A stretch of 64,000 nt of DNA, taken from assembly GCF_009914755.1 (NCBI RefSeq), contig NC_060941.1; one strand, written 5' to 3'. The DNA comes from the human T2T-CHM13v2.0 reference genome, Homo sapiens. Positions within the stretch are counted from its first letter, which is position 1. Every line of letters starts with the position of its first letter. The translations under genes and the position numbers were made by a program. The notes under the pieces are model-generated. The model saw only the letters and a program-made list of their open reading frames with translations. It did not search any database and was not told where the DNA came from. Of the stretch, positions 1-11,600 are shown in pieces.

Positions 1-433
1 ACTCACAGAGTTGAACTTTCCTTTCGAGAGAGAAGCTTTGAAACACTCTTTTTCCAGAATCTGCAAGTGGACATTTGGAGGGCTTTGAGGCCTGTGGTGG
101 AAAAGGAATTATCTTCCCGTAAAAGCTAGATAGAAGCATTCTCAGAAACTACTTTGTGATGATTGCATTCAAGTCACAGAGTTGAACATTCCCTTTGACA
201 GAGCAGTTTGGAAACTCTCTTTGTGTAGAATCTGCAAGTGGAGATATGGACCGCTTTGAGGCCTATGGTAGTAAAGGAAATAGCTTCATATAAAAACTAG
301 ACAGTAGCATTCACAGAAAACTCTTGGTGACGACTGAGTTTAACTCACAGAGCTGAACATTCCTTTGGATGGAGCAGTTTCGAAACACACTATTTGTAGA
401 ATGTGCAAGTGGATATTTAGGCCTCTCTGAGGA

Positions 434-450
434 TTTCGTTGGAAACGGGA
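434..450 (+). promoter_or_regulatory. CENP-B box (intact), repeated in each HOR
   Basis: tttcgttggaaacggga matches NTTCGNNNNANNCGGGN. Confidence 0.95.
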
Positions 451-600
451 TAAACCGCACAGAACTAAACAGAAGCATTCTCAGAACCTTCTTCGTGATG
501 TTTGCATTCAACTCACAGTGTTGAACCTTTCTTTGATAGTTCAGGTTTGAAACGGTCTTTCTGTAGAAACTGCAAGTAGATATTTGGACCTCTCTGAGGA

Positions 601-617
601 TTTCGTTGGAAACGGGA
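601..617 (+). promoter_or_regulatory. CENP-B box (intact), repeated in each HOR
   Basis: tttcgttggaaacggga. Confidence 0.95.
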
Positions 618-768
618 TAACCCGCACAGAACTAAAACAGAAGCATTCTCAGAACCCTCTTCGTGATGTTTGCATTCAACTCACAGTGCTGAACCTTTCT
701 TTGATAGTTCAGCTTTGAAACACTCTTTTTGTAGAAACTGCAAGTGGATATTTGGTCCTCTCTGAGCA

Positions 769-785
769 TTTCGTTGGAAACGGGA
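769..785 (+). promoter_or_regulatory. CENP-B box (intact); lost in 15-mer and 8-mer variants
   Basis: tttcgttggaaacggga. Confidence 0.95.
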
Positions 786-1105
786 TAAACTGCACAGAAC
801 TAAACAGAAGCATTCTCAGAACCTTCTTCGTGATGTCTGCATTCAACTCACAGTGTGGAACCTTTCTTTGATAGTTCAGGTTTGAAACACTCTTTTTGTA
901 GAAACTGCAAGGGGATAATTGCACTCTTTGAGGAGTACCGTAGTAAAGGAAATAACTTCCTATAAAAAGAAGACAGAAGCTTTCTCAGAAAATTCTTTGG
1001 GATGATTGAGTTGAACTCACAGAGCTGAGCATTCCTTGCGATGTAGCAGTTTAGAAACACACTTTCTGCAGAAACTGCAAGTGCATATTTGGACCTCTGT
1101 GAGGA

Positions 1106-1122
1106 ATTCGTTGGAAACGGGA
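1106..1122 (+). promoter_or_regulatory. CENP-B box (intact core) overlapping the unit's EcoRI site
   Basis: attcgttggaaacggga; GAATTC at 1104-1109. Confidence 0.9.
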
Positions 1123-1271
1123 TAATTTCAGCTGACTAAACAGAAGCAGTCTCAGAATCTTCTTTGTGATGTTTGCATTCAAATCCCCGAGTTGAACTTT
1201 CCTTTCAAAGTTCACGTTTGAAACACTCTTTTTGCAGGATCTACAAGTGGATATTTGGACCACTCTGTGTC

Positions 1272-1288
1272 CTTCGTTCGAAACGGGT
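1272..1288 (+). promoter_or_regulatory. CENP-B box variant (all 9 core positions intact)
   Basis: cttcgttcgaaacgggt fits N-TTCG-NNNN-A-NN-CGGG-N. Confidence 0.85.
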
Positions 1289-1955
1289 ATATCTTCACAT
1301 GACATCTAGACAGAAGCATCCTCAGAAGCTTCTCTGTGATGACTGCATTCAACTCACGGAGTTGAACACTCCTTTTGAGAGCGCAGTTTTGAAACTCTCT
1401 TTCTGTGGCATCTGCAAGGGGACATGTAGACCTCTTTGAAGATTTCGTTGGAAACGGAATCATCTTCACATAAAAACTATACAGATGCATTCTCAGGAAC
1501 TTTTTGGTGATGTTTGTATTCAACTCCCAGAGTTGAACTTTCCTTTGGAAAGAGCAGCTATGAAACACTCTTTTTCTAGAATCTGCAAGTGGACGTTTGG
1601 AGGGCTTTGTGGTTTGTGGTGGAAAAGGAAATATCTTCACCTAAATACTAGATAGAAGCATTCTCAGAAACTGCTTTGTGATGATTGCATTCACCTCACA
1701 GAGTTGAACATTCCTATTGATAGAGCAGTTTGGAAACACTCTTGTTGTGGAATGTGCAAGTGGAGATTTGGAGCGCTTTGAGGCCTATGGTAGTAAAGGG
1801 AATAGCTTCATAGAAAAACTAGACAGAAGCATTCTCAGAAAATACTTTGTGATGATTGAGTTTAACTCACAGAGCTGAACATTCCTTTGGATGGAGCAGG
1901 TTTGAGACACACCTTTTGTAGAATCTACAAGTGGATATTTGGACCTCTCTGAGGA

Positions 1956-1972
1956 TTTCGTTGGAAACGGGA
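1956..1972 (+). promoter_or_regulatory. CENP-B box (intact)
   Basis: tttcgttggaaacggga. Confidence 0.95.
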
Positions 1973-2121
1973 TAACTGCACCTAACTAAACGGAAGCATT
2001 CTCAGAAACTTCTTGGTGATGTTTGCATTCAAATCCCAGAGTTGAACCTTCCTTTGATAGTTCAGGTTTGAAACACTCTTTTTGTAGGATCTGCAAGTGG
2101 ATATTTGGACCACTCTGTGGC

Positions 2122-2138
2122 CTTCGTTCGAAACGGGT
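2122..2138 (+). promoter_or_regulatory. CENP-B box variant (core intact), pentamer homologue of 1272-1288
   Basis: cttcgttcgaaacgggt, exactly 850 bp downstream of the copy at 1272. Confidence 0.85.
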
Positions 2139-2635
2139 ATATCTTCGCATAAAATCTAGACAGAAGCCTTCTCAGAAACTTCTCTGTGATGATTGCATTC
2201 AACTCACAGAGTTGAACCCTCCTATGGATAGAGCAGTGTTGAAACTCTCTTTTTGTGGAATCTGCAAGTGGATATGTGGACCTCTCCGAAGATGTCTTTG
2301 GAAACGGGAATATCTTCACATAAAAACTAAACAGAAGCATTCTCAGAAACTTCTCTGTGATGTTTGTGTTCAACTCCCAGAGTTTCACATTGCTTTTCAT
2401 AGAGTAGTTCTGAAACATGCTTTTCGTAGTGTCTACAAGTGGACATTTGGAGCGCTTTCAGGCCTGTGGTGGAAAACGAATTATGGTCACATAAAAACTG
2501 GAGAGAAGCATTGTCAGAAACTTCTTTGTGATGATTGCATTCAACTCACAGAGTTGAAGGTTCCTTTTCAAAGAGCAGTTTCCAATCACTCTTTGTGTGG
2601 AATCTGCAAGTGGATATTTGGACCTATTTTGAAGA

Positions 2636-2652
2636 TTTCGTTGGAAACGGGA
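2636..2652 (+). promoter_or_regulatory. CENP-B box (intact)
   Basis: tttcgttggaaacggga. Confidence 0.95.
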
Positions 2653-5600
2653 GAATCTTCACAGGAAAGCTAAACAGAAGCATTCTCAGAAACTTCTTTG
2701 TGATGCTTGCATTCAACTCACAGAGTTGAACTTTCCTTTCGAGAGAGAAGCTTTGAAACACTCTTTTTCCAGAATCTGCAAGTGGACATTTGGAGGGCTT
2801 TGAGGCCTGTGGTGGAAAAGGAATTATCTTCCCGTAAAAGCTAGATAGAAGCATTCTCAGAAACTACTTTGTGATGATTGCATTCAAGTCACAGAGTTGA
2901 ACATTCCCTTTGACAGAGCAGTTTGGAAACTCTCTTTGTGTAGAATCTGCAAGTGGAGATATGGACCGCTTTGAGGCCTATGGTAGTAAAGGAAATAGCT
3001 TCATATAAAAGCTAGACAGTAGCATTCACAGAAAACTCTTGGTGACGACTGAGTTTAACTCACAGAGCTGAACATTCCTTTGGATGGAGCAGTTTCGAAA
3101 CACACTATTTGTAGAATGTGCAAGTGGATATTTGGGCCTCTCTGAGGATTTCGTTGGAAACGGGATAAACCGCACAGAACTAAACAGAAGCATTCTCAGA
3201 ACCTTCTTCGTGATGTTTGCATTCAACTCACAGTGTTGAACCTTTCTTTGATAGTTCAGGTTTGAAACGGTCTTTCTGTAGAAACTGCAAGTAGATATTT
3301 GGACCTCTCTGAGGATTTCGTTGGAAACGGGATAACCCGCACAGAACTAAAACAGAAGCATTCTCAGAACCCTCTTCGTGATGTTTGCATTCAACTCACA
3401 GTGCTGAACCTTTCTTTGATAGTTCAGCTTTGAAACACTCTTTTTGTAGAAACTGCAAGTGGATATTTGGTCCTCTCTGAGCATTTCGTTGGAAACGGGA
3501 TAAACTGCACAGAACTAAACAGAAGCATTCTCAGAACCTTCTTCGTGATGTCTGCATTCAACTCACAGTGTGGAACCTTTCTTTGATAGTTCAGGTTTGA
3601 AACACTCTTTTTGTAGAAACTGCAAGGGGATAATTGCACTCTTTGAGGAGTACCGTAGTAAAGGAAATAACTTCCTATAAAAAGAAGACAGAAGCTTTCT
3701 CAGAAAATTCTTTGGGATGATTGAGTTGAACTCACAGAGCTGAGCATTCCTTGCGATGTAGCAGTTTAGAAACACACTTTCTGCAGAATCTGCAAGTGCA
3801 TATTTGGACCTCTGTGAGGAATTCGTTGGAAACGGGATAATTTCAGCTGACTAAACAGAAGCAGTCTCAGAATCTTCTTTGTGATGTTTGCATTCAAATC
3901 CCCGAGTTGAACTTTCCTTTCAAAGTTCACGTTTGAAACACTCTTTTTGCAGGATCTACAAGTGGATATTTGGACCACTCTGTGTCCTTCGTTCGAAACG
4001 GGTATATCTTCACATGACATCTAGACAGAAGCATCCTCAGAAGCTTCTCTGTGATGACTGCATTCAACTCACGGAGTTGAACACTCCTTTTGAGAGCGCA
4101 GTTTTGAAACTCTCTTTCTGTGGCATCTGCAAGGGGACATGTAGACCTCTTTGAAGATTTCGTTGGAAACGGAATCATCTTCACATAAAAACTATACAGA
4201 TGCATTCTCAGGAACTTTTTGGTGATGTTTGTATTCAACTCCCAGAGTTGAACTTTCCTTTGGAAAGAGCAGCTATGAAACACTCTTTTTCTAGAATCTG
4301 CAAGTGGACGTTTGGAGGGCTTTGTGGTTTGTGGTGGAAAAGGAAATATCTTCACCTAAATACTAGATAGAAGCATTCTCAGAAACTGCTTTGTGATGAT
4401 TGCATTCACCTCACAGAGTTGAACATTCCTATTGATAGAGCAGTTTGGAAACACTCTTGTTGTGGAATGTGCAAGTGGAGATTTGGAGCGCTTTGAGGCC
4501 TATGGTAGTAAAGGGAATAGCTTCATAGAAAAACTAGACAGAAGCATTCTCAGAAAATACTTTGTGATGATTGAGTTTAACTCACAGAGCTGAACATTCC
4601 TTTGGATGGAGCAGGTTTGAGACACACCTTTTGTAGAATCTACAAGGGGATATTTGGACCTCTCCTGAGGATTTCGTTGGAAACGGGATAACTGCACCTA
4701 ACTAAACGGAAGCATTCTCAGAAACTTCTTGGTGATGTTTGCATTCAAATCCCAGAGTTGAACCTTCCTTTGATAGTTCAGGTTTGAAACACTCTTTTTG
4801 TAGGATCTGCAAGTGGATATTTGGACCACTCTGTGGCCTTCGTTCGAAACGGGTATATCTTCGCATAAAATCTAGACAGAAGCCTTCTCAGAAACTTCTC
4901 TGTGATGATTGCATTCAACTCACAGAGTTGAACCCTCCTATGGATAGAGCAGTGTTGAAACTCTCTTTTTGTGGAATCTGCAAGTGGATATGTGGACCTC
5001 TCCGAAGATGTCTTTGGAAACGGGAATATCTTCACATAAAAACTAAACAGAAGCATTCTCAGAAACTTCTCTGTGATGTTTGTGTTCAACTCCCAGAGTT
5101 TCACATTGCTTTTCATAGAGTAGTTCTGAAACATGCTTTTTGTAGTGTCTACAAGTGGACATTTGGAGCGCTTTCAGGCCTGTGGTGGAAAACGAATTAT
5201 GGTCACATAAAAACTGGAGAGAAGCATTGTCAGAAACTTCTTTGTGATGATTGCATTCAACTCACAGAGTTGAAGGTTCCTTTTCAAAGAGCAGTTTCCA
5301 ATCACTCTTTGTGTGGAATCTGCAAGTGGATATTTGGACCTATTTTGAAGATTTCGTTGGAAACGGGAGAATCTTCACAGGAAAGCTAAACAGAAGCATT
5401 CTCAGAAACTTCTTTGTGATGCTTGCATTCAACTCACAGAGTTGAACTTTCCTTTCGAGAGAGAAGCTTTGAAACACTCTTTTTCCAGAATCTGCAAGTG
5501 GACATTTGGAGGGCTTTGAGGCCTGTGGTGGAAAAGGAATTATCTTCCCGTAAAAGCTAGATAGAAGCATTCTCAGAAACTACTTTGTGATGATTGCATT

Positions 5601-8600
5601 CAAGTCACAGAGTTGAACATTCCCTTTGACAGAGCAGTTTGGAAACTCTCTTTGTGTAGAATCTGCAAGTGGAGATATGGACCGCTTTGAGGCCTATGGT
5701 AGTAAAGGAAATAGCTTCATATAAAAGCTAGACAGTAGCATTCACAGAAAACTCTTGGTGACGACTGAGTTTAACTCACAGAGCTGAACATTCCTTTGGA
5801 TGGAGCAGTTTCGAAACACACTATTTGTAGAATGTGCAAGTGGATATTTAGGCCTCTCTGAGGATTTCGTTGGAAACGGGATAAACCGCACAGAACTAAA
5901 CACAAGCATTCTCAGAACCTTCTTCGTGATGTTTGCATTCAACTCACAGTGTTGAACCTTTCTTTGATAGTTCAGGTTTGAAACGGTCTTTCTGTAGAAA
6001 CTGCAAGTAGATATTTGGACCTCTCTGAGGATTTCGTTGGAAACGGGATAACCCGCACAGAACTAAAACAGAAGCATTCTCAGAACCCTCTTCGTGATGT
6101 TTGCATTCAACTCACAGTGCTGAACCTTTCTTTGATAGTTCAGCTTTGAAACACTCTTTTTGTAGAAACTGCAAGTGGATATTTGGTCCTCTCTGAGCAT
6201 TTCGTTGGAAACGGGATAAACTGCACAGAACTAAACAGAAGCATTCTCAGAACCTTCTTCGTGATGTCTGCATTCAACTCACAGTGTGGAACCTTTCTTT
6301 GATAGTTCAGGTTTGAAACACTCTTTTTGTAGAAACTGCAAGGGGATAATTGCACTCTTTGAGGAGTACCGTAGTAAAGGAAATAACTTCCTATAAAAAG
6401 AAGACAGAAGCTTTCTCAGAAAATTCTTTGGGATGATTGAGTTGAACTCACAGAGCTGAGCATTCCTTGCGATGTAGCAGTTTAGAAACACACTTTCTGC
6501 AGAATCTGCAAGTGCATATTTGGACCTCTGTGAGGAATTCGTTGGAAACGGGATAATTTCAGCTGACTAAACAGAAGCAGTCTCAGAATCTTCTTTGTGA
6601 TGTTTGCATTCAAATCCCCGAGTTGAACTTTCCTTTCAAAGTTCACGTTTGAAACACTCTTTTTGCAGGATCTACAAGTGGATATTTGGACCACTCTGTG
6701 TCCTTCGTTCGAAACGGGTATATCTTCACATGACATCTAGACAGAAGCATCCTCAGAAGCTTCTCTGTGATGACTGCATTCAACTCACGGAGTTGAACAC
6801 TCCTTTTGAGAGCGCAGTTTTGAAACTCTCTTTCTGTGGCATCTGCAAGGGGACATGTAGACCTCTTTGAAGATTTCGTTGGAAACGGAATCATCTTCAC
6901 ATAAAAACTATACAGATGCATTCTCAGGAACTTTTTGGTGATGTTTGTATTCAACTCCCAGAGTTGAACTTTCCTTTGGAAAGAGCAGCTATGAAACACT
7001 GTTTTTCTAGAATCTGCAAGTGGACGTTTGGAGGGCTTTGTGGTTTGTGGTGGAAAAGGAAATATCTTCACCTAAATACTAGATAGAAGCATTCTCAGAA
7101 ACTGCTTTGTGATGATTGCATTCACCTCACAGAGTTGAACATTCCTATTGATAGAGCAGTTTGGAAACACTCTTGTTGTGGAATGTGCAAGTGGAGATTT
7201 GGAGCGCTTTGAGGCCTATGGTAGTAAAGGGAATAGCTTCATAGAAAAACTAGACAGAAGCATTCTCAGAAAATACTTTGTGATGATTGAGTTTAACTCA
7301 CAGAGCTGAACATTCCTTTGGATGGAGCAGGTTTGAGACACACCTTTTGTAGAATCTACAAGTGGATATTTGGACCTCTCTGAGGATTTCGTTGGAAACG
7401 GGATAACTGCACCTAACTAAACGGAAGCATTCTCAGAAACTTCTTGGTGATGTTTGCATTCAAATCCCAGAGTTGAACCTTCCTTTGATAGTTCAGGTTT
7501 GAAACACTCTTTTTGTAGGATCTGCAAGTGGATATTTGGACCACTCTGTGGCCTTCGTTCGAAACGGGTATATCTTCGCATAAAATCTAGACAGAAGCCT
7601 TCTCAGAAACTTCTCTGTGATGATTGCATTCAACTCACAGAGTTGAACCCTCCTATGGATAGAGCAGTGTTGAAACTCTCTTTTTGTGGAATCTGCAAGT
7701 GGATATGTGGACCTCTCCGAAGATGTCTTTGGAAACGGGAATATCTTCACATAAAAACTAAACAGAAGCATTCTCAGAAACTTCTCTGTGATGTTTGTGT
7801 TCAACTCCCAGAGTTTCACATTGCTTTTCATAGAGTAGTTCTGAAACATGCTTTTCGTAGTGTCTACAAGTGGACATTTGGAGCGCTTTCAGGCCTGTGG
7901 TGGAAAACGAATTATGGTCACATAAAAACTGGAGAGAAGCATTGTCAGAAACTTCTTTGTGATGATTGCATTCAACTCACAGAGTTGAAGGTTCCTTTTC
8001 AAAGAGCAGTTTCCAATCACTCTTTCTGTGGAATCTGCAAGTGGATATTTGGACCTATTTTGAAGATTTCGTTGGAAACGGGAGAATCTTCACAGGAAAG
8101 CTAAACAGAAGCATTCTCAGAAACTTCTTTGTGATGCTTGCATTCAACTCACAGAGTTGAACTTTCCTTTCGAGAGAGAAGCTTTGAAACACTCTTTTTC
8201 CAGAATCTGCAAGTGGACATTTGGAGGGCTTTGAGGCCTGTGGTGGAAAAGGAATTATCTTCCCGTAAAAGCTAGATAGAAGCATTCTCAGAAACTACTT
8301 TGTGATGATTGCATTCAAGTCACAGAGTTGAACATTCCCTTTGACAGAGCAGTTTGGAAACTCTCTTTGTGTAGAATCTGCAAGTGGAGATATGGACCGC
8401 TTTGAGGCCTATGGTAGTAAAGGAAATAGCTTCATATAAAAGCTAGACAGTAGCATTCACAGAAAACTCTTGGTGACGACTGAGTTTAACTCACAGAGCT
8501 GAACATTCCTTTGGATGGAGCAGTTTCGAAACACACTATTTGTAGAATGTGCAAGTGGATATTTAGGCCTCTCTGAGGATTTCGTTGGAAACGGGATAAA

Positions 8601-11600
8601 CCGCACAGAACTAAACAGAAGCATTCTCAGAACCTTCTTCGTGATGTTTGCATTCAACTCACAGTGTTGAACCTTTCTTTGATAGTTCAGGTTTGAAACG
8701 GTCTTTCTGTAGAAACTGCAAGTAGATATTTGGACCTCTCTGAGGATTTCGTTGGAAACGGGATAACCCGCACAGAACTAAAACAGAAGCATTCTCAGAA
8801 CCCTCTTCGTGATGTTTGCATTCAACTCACAGTGCTGAACCTTTCTTTGATAGTTCAGCTTTGAAACACTCTTTTTGTAGAAACTGCAAGTGGATATTTG
8901 GTCCTCTCTGAGCATTTCGTTGGAAACGGGATAAACTGCACAGAACTAAACAGAAGCATTCTCAGAACCTTCTTCGTGATGTCTGCATTCAACTCACAGT
9001 GTGGAACCTTTCTTTGATAGTTCAGGTTTGAAACACTCTTTTTGTAGAAACTGCAAGGGGATAATTGCACTCTTTGAGGAGTACCGTAGTAAAGGAAATA
9101 ACTTCCTATAAAAAGAAGACAGAAGCTTTCTCAGAAAATTCTTTGGGATGATTGAGTTGAACTCACAGAGCTGAGCATTCCTTGCGATGTAGCAGTTTAG
9201 AAACACACTTTCTGCAGAATCTGCAAGTGCATATTTGGACCTCTGTGAGGAATTCGTTGGAAACGGGATAATTTCAGCTGACTAAACAGAAGCAGTCTCA
9301 GAATCTTCTTTGTGATGTTTGCATTCAAATCCCCGAGTTGAACTTTCCTTTCAAAGTTCACGTTTGAAACACTCTTTTTGCAGGATCTACAAGTGGATAT
9401 TTGGACCACTCTGTGTCCTTCGTTCGAAACGGGTATATCTTCACATGACATCTAGACAGAAGCATCCTCAGAAGCTTCTCTGTGATGACTGCATTCAACT
9501 CACGGAGTTGAACACTCCTTTTGAGAGCGCAGTTTTGAAACTCTCTTTCTGTGGCATCTGCAAGGGGACATGTAGACCTCTTTGAAGATTTCGTTGGAAA
9601 CGGAATCATCTTCACATAAAAACTATACAGATGCATTCTCAGGAACTTTTTGGTGATGTTTGTATTCAACTCCCAGAGTTGAACTTTCCTTTGGAAAGAG
9701 CAGCTATGAAACACTCTTTTTCTAGAATCTGCAAGTGGACGTTTGGAGGGCTTTGTGGTTTGTGGTGGAAAAGGAAATATCTTCACCTAAATACTAGATA
9801 GAAGCATTCTCAGAAACTGCTTTGTGATGATTGCATTCACCTCACAGAGTTGAACATTCCTATTGATAGAGCAGTTTGGAAACACTCTTGTTGTGGAATG
9901 TGCAAGTGGAGATTTGGAGCGCTTTGAGGCCTATGGTAGTAAAGGGAATAGCTTCATAGAAAAACTAGACAGAAGCATTCTCAGAAAATACTTTGTGATG
10001 ATTGAGTTTAACTCACAGAGCTGAACATTCCTTTGGATGGAGCAGGTTTGAGACACACCTTTTGTAGAATCTACAAGTGGATATTTGGACCTCTCTGAGG
10101 ATTTCGTTGGAAACGGGATAACTGCACCTAACTAAACGGAAGCATTCTCAGAAACTTCTTGGTGATGTTTGCATTCAAATCCCAGAGTTGAACCTTCCTT
10201 TGATAGTTCAGGTTTGAAACACTCTTTTTGTAGGATCTGCAAGTGGATATTTGGACCACTCTGTGGCCTTCGTTCGAAACGGGTATATCTTCGCATAAAA
10301 TCTAGACAGAAGCCTTCTCAGAAACTTCTCTGTGATGATTGCATTCAACTCACAGAGTTGAACCCTCCTATGGATAGAGCAGTGTTGAAACTCTCTTTTT
10401 GTGGAATCTGCAAGTGGATATGTGGACCTCTCCGAAGATGTCTTTGGAAACGGGAATATCTTCACATAAAAACTAAACAGAAGCATTCTCAGAAACTTCT
10501 CTGTGATGTTTGTGTTCAACTCCCAGAGTTTCACATTGCTTTTCATAGAGTAGTTCTGAAACATGCTTTTCGTAGTGTCTACAAGTGGACATTTGGAGCG
10601 CTTTCAGGCCTGTGGTGGAAAACGAATTATGGTCACATAAAAACTGGAGAGAAGCATTGTCAGAAACTTCTTTGTGATGATTGCATTCAACTCACAGAGT
10701 TGAAGGTTCCTTTTCAAAGAGCAGTTTCCAATCACTCTTTCTGTGGAATCTGCAAGTGGATATTTGGACCTATTTTGAAGATTTCGTTGGAAACGGGAGA
10801 ATCTTCACAGGAAAGCTAAACAGAAGCATTCTCAGAAACTTCTTTGTGATGCTTGCATTCAACTCACAGAGTTGAACTTTCCTTTCGAGAGAGAAGCTTT
10901 GAAACACTCTTTTTCCAGAATCTGCAAGTGGACATTTGGAGGGCTTTGAGGCCTGTGGTGGAAAAGGAATTATCTTCCCGTAAAAGCTAGATAGAAGCAT
11001 TCTCAGAAACTACTTTGTGATGATTGCATTCAAGTCACAGAGTTGAACATTCCCTTTGACAGAGCAGTTTGGAAACTCTCTTTGTGTAGAATCTGCAAGT
11101 GGAGATATGGACCGCTTTGAGGCCTATGGTAGTAAAGGAAATAGCTTCATATAAAAGCTAGACAGTAGCATTCACAGAAAACTCTTGGTGACGACTGAGT
11201 TTAACTCACAGAGCTGAACATTCCTTTGGATGGAGCAGTTTCGAAACACACTATTTGTAGAATGTGCAAGTGGATATTTAGGCCTCTCTGAGGATTTCGT
11301 TGGAAACGGGATAAACCGCACAGAACTAAACAGAAGCATTCTCAGAACCTTCTTCGTGATGTTTGCATTCAACTCACAGTGTTGAACCTTTCTTTGATAG
11401 TTCAGGTTTGAAACGGTCTTTCTGTAGAAACTGCAAGTAGATATTTGGACCTCTCTGAGGATTTCGTTGGAAACGGGATAACCCGCACAGAACTAAAACA
11501 GAAGCATTCTCAGAACCCTCTTCGTGATGTTTGCATTCAACTCACAGTGCTGAACCTTTCTTTGATAGTTCAGCTTTGAAACACTCTTTTTGTAGAAACT

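Larger units (their letters stand above)
476..979 (+). repeat. Internal triplication of a 167-169 bp monomer type within the HOR (present in every full unit)
   Basis: Three consecutive near-identical monomer starts, cattctcagaacc(t/c)tcttcgtgatgt(t/c)tgcattcaactcacagtg..gaacctttctttgatagttcag, at 476, 644 and 811. The third switches to a different monomer type after ...gaaactgcaag. Confidence 0.92.

Noticed and set aside
434-2652. CRISPR-like appearance: a conserved motif recurring regularly, with gtttgaaac-like ends
   Set aside because: The intervening sequences are homologous monomers that repeat every HOR rather than unique spacers. The period is ~170 bp and there are no cas genes.
2023-2673. 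Recurrent 216-aa ORF and the other 60-150 aa ORFs on both strands
   Set aside because: They are translations of alpha satellite. Their ~57-aa internal periodicity equals the 171-bp monomer, they overlap on both strands, many use non-ATG starts, they show no recognisable domain, and they are freely broken by stops or frameshifts (26770, 29485, 36275, 47135, 50900).
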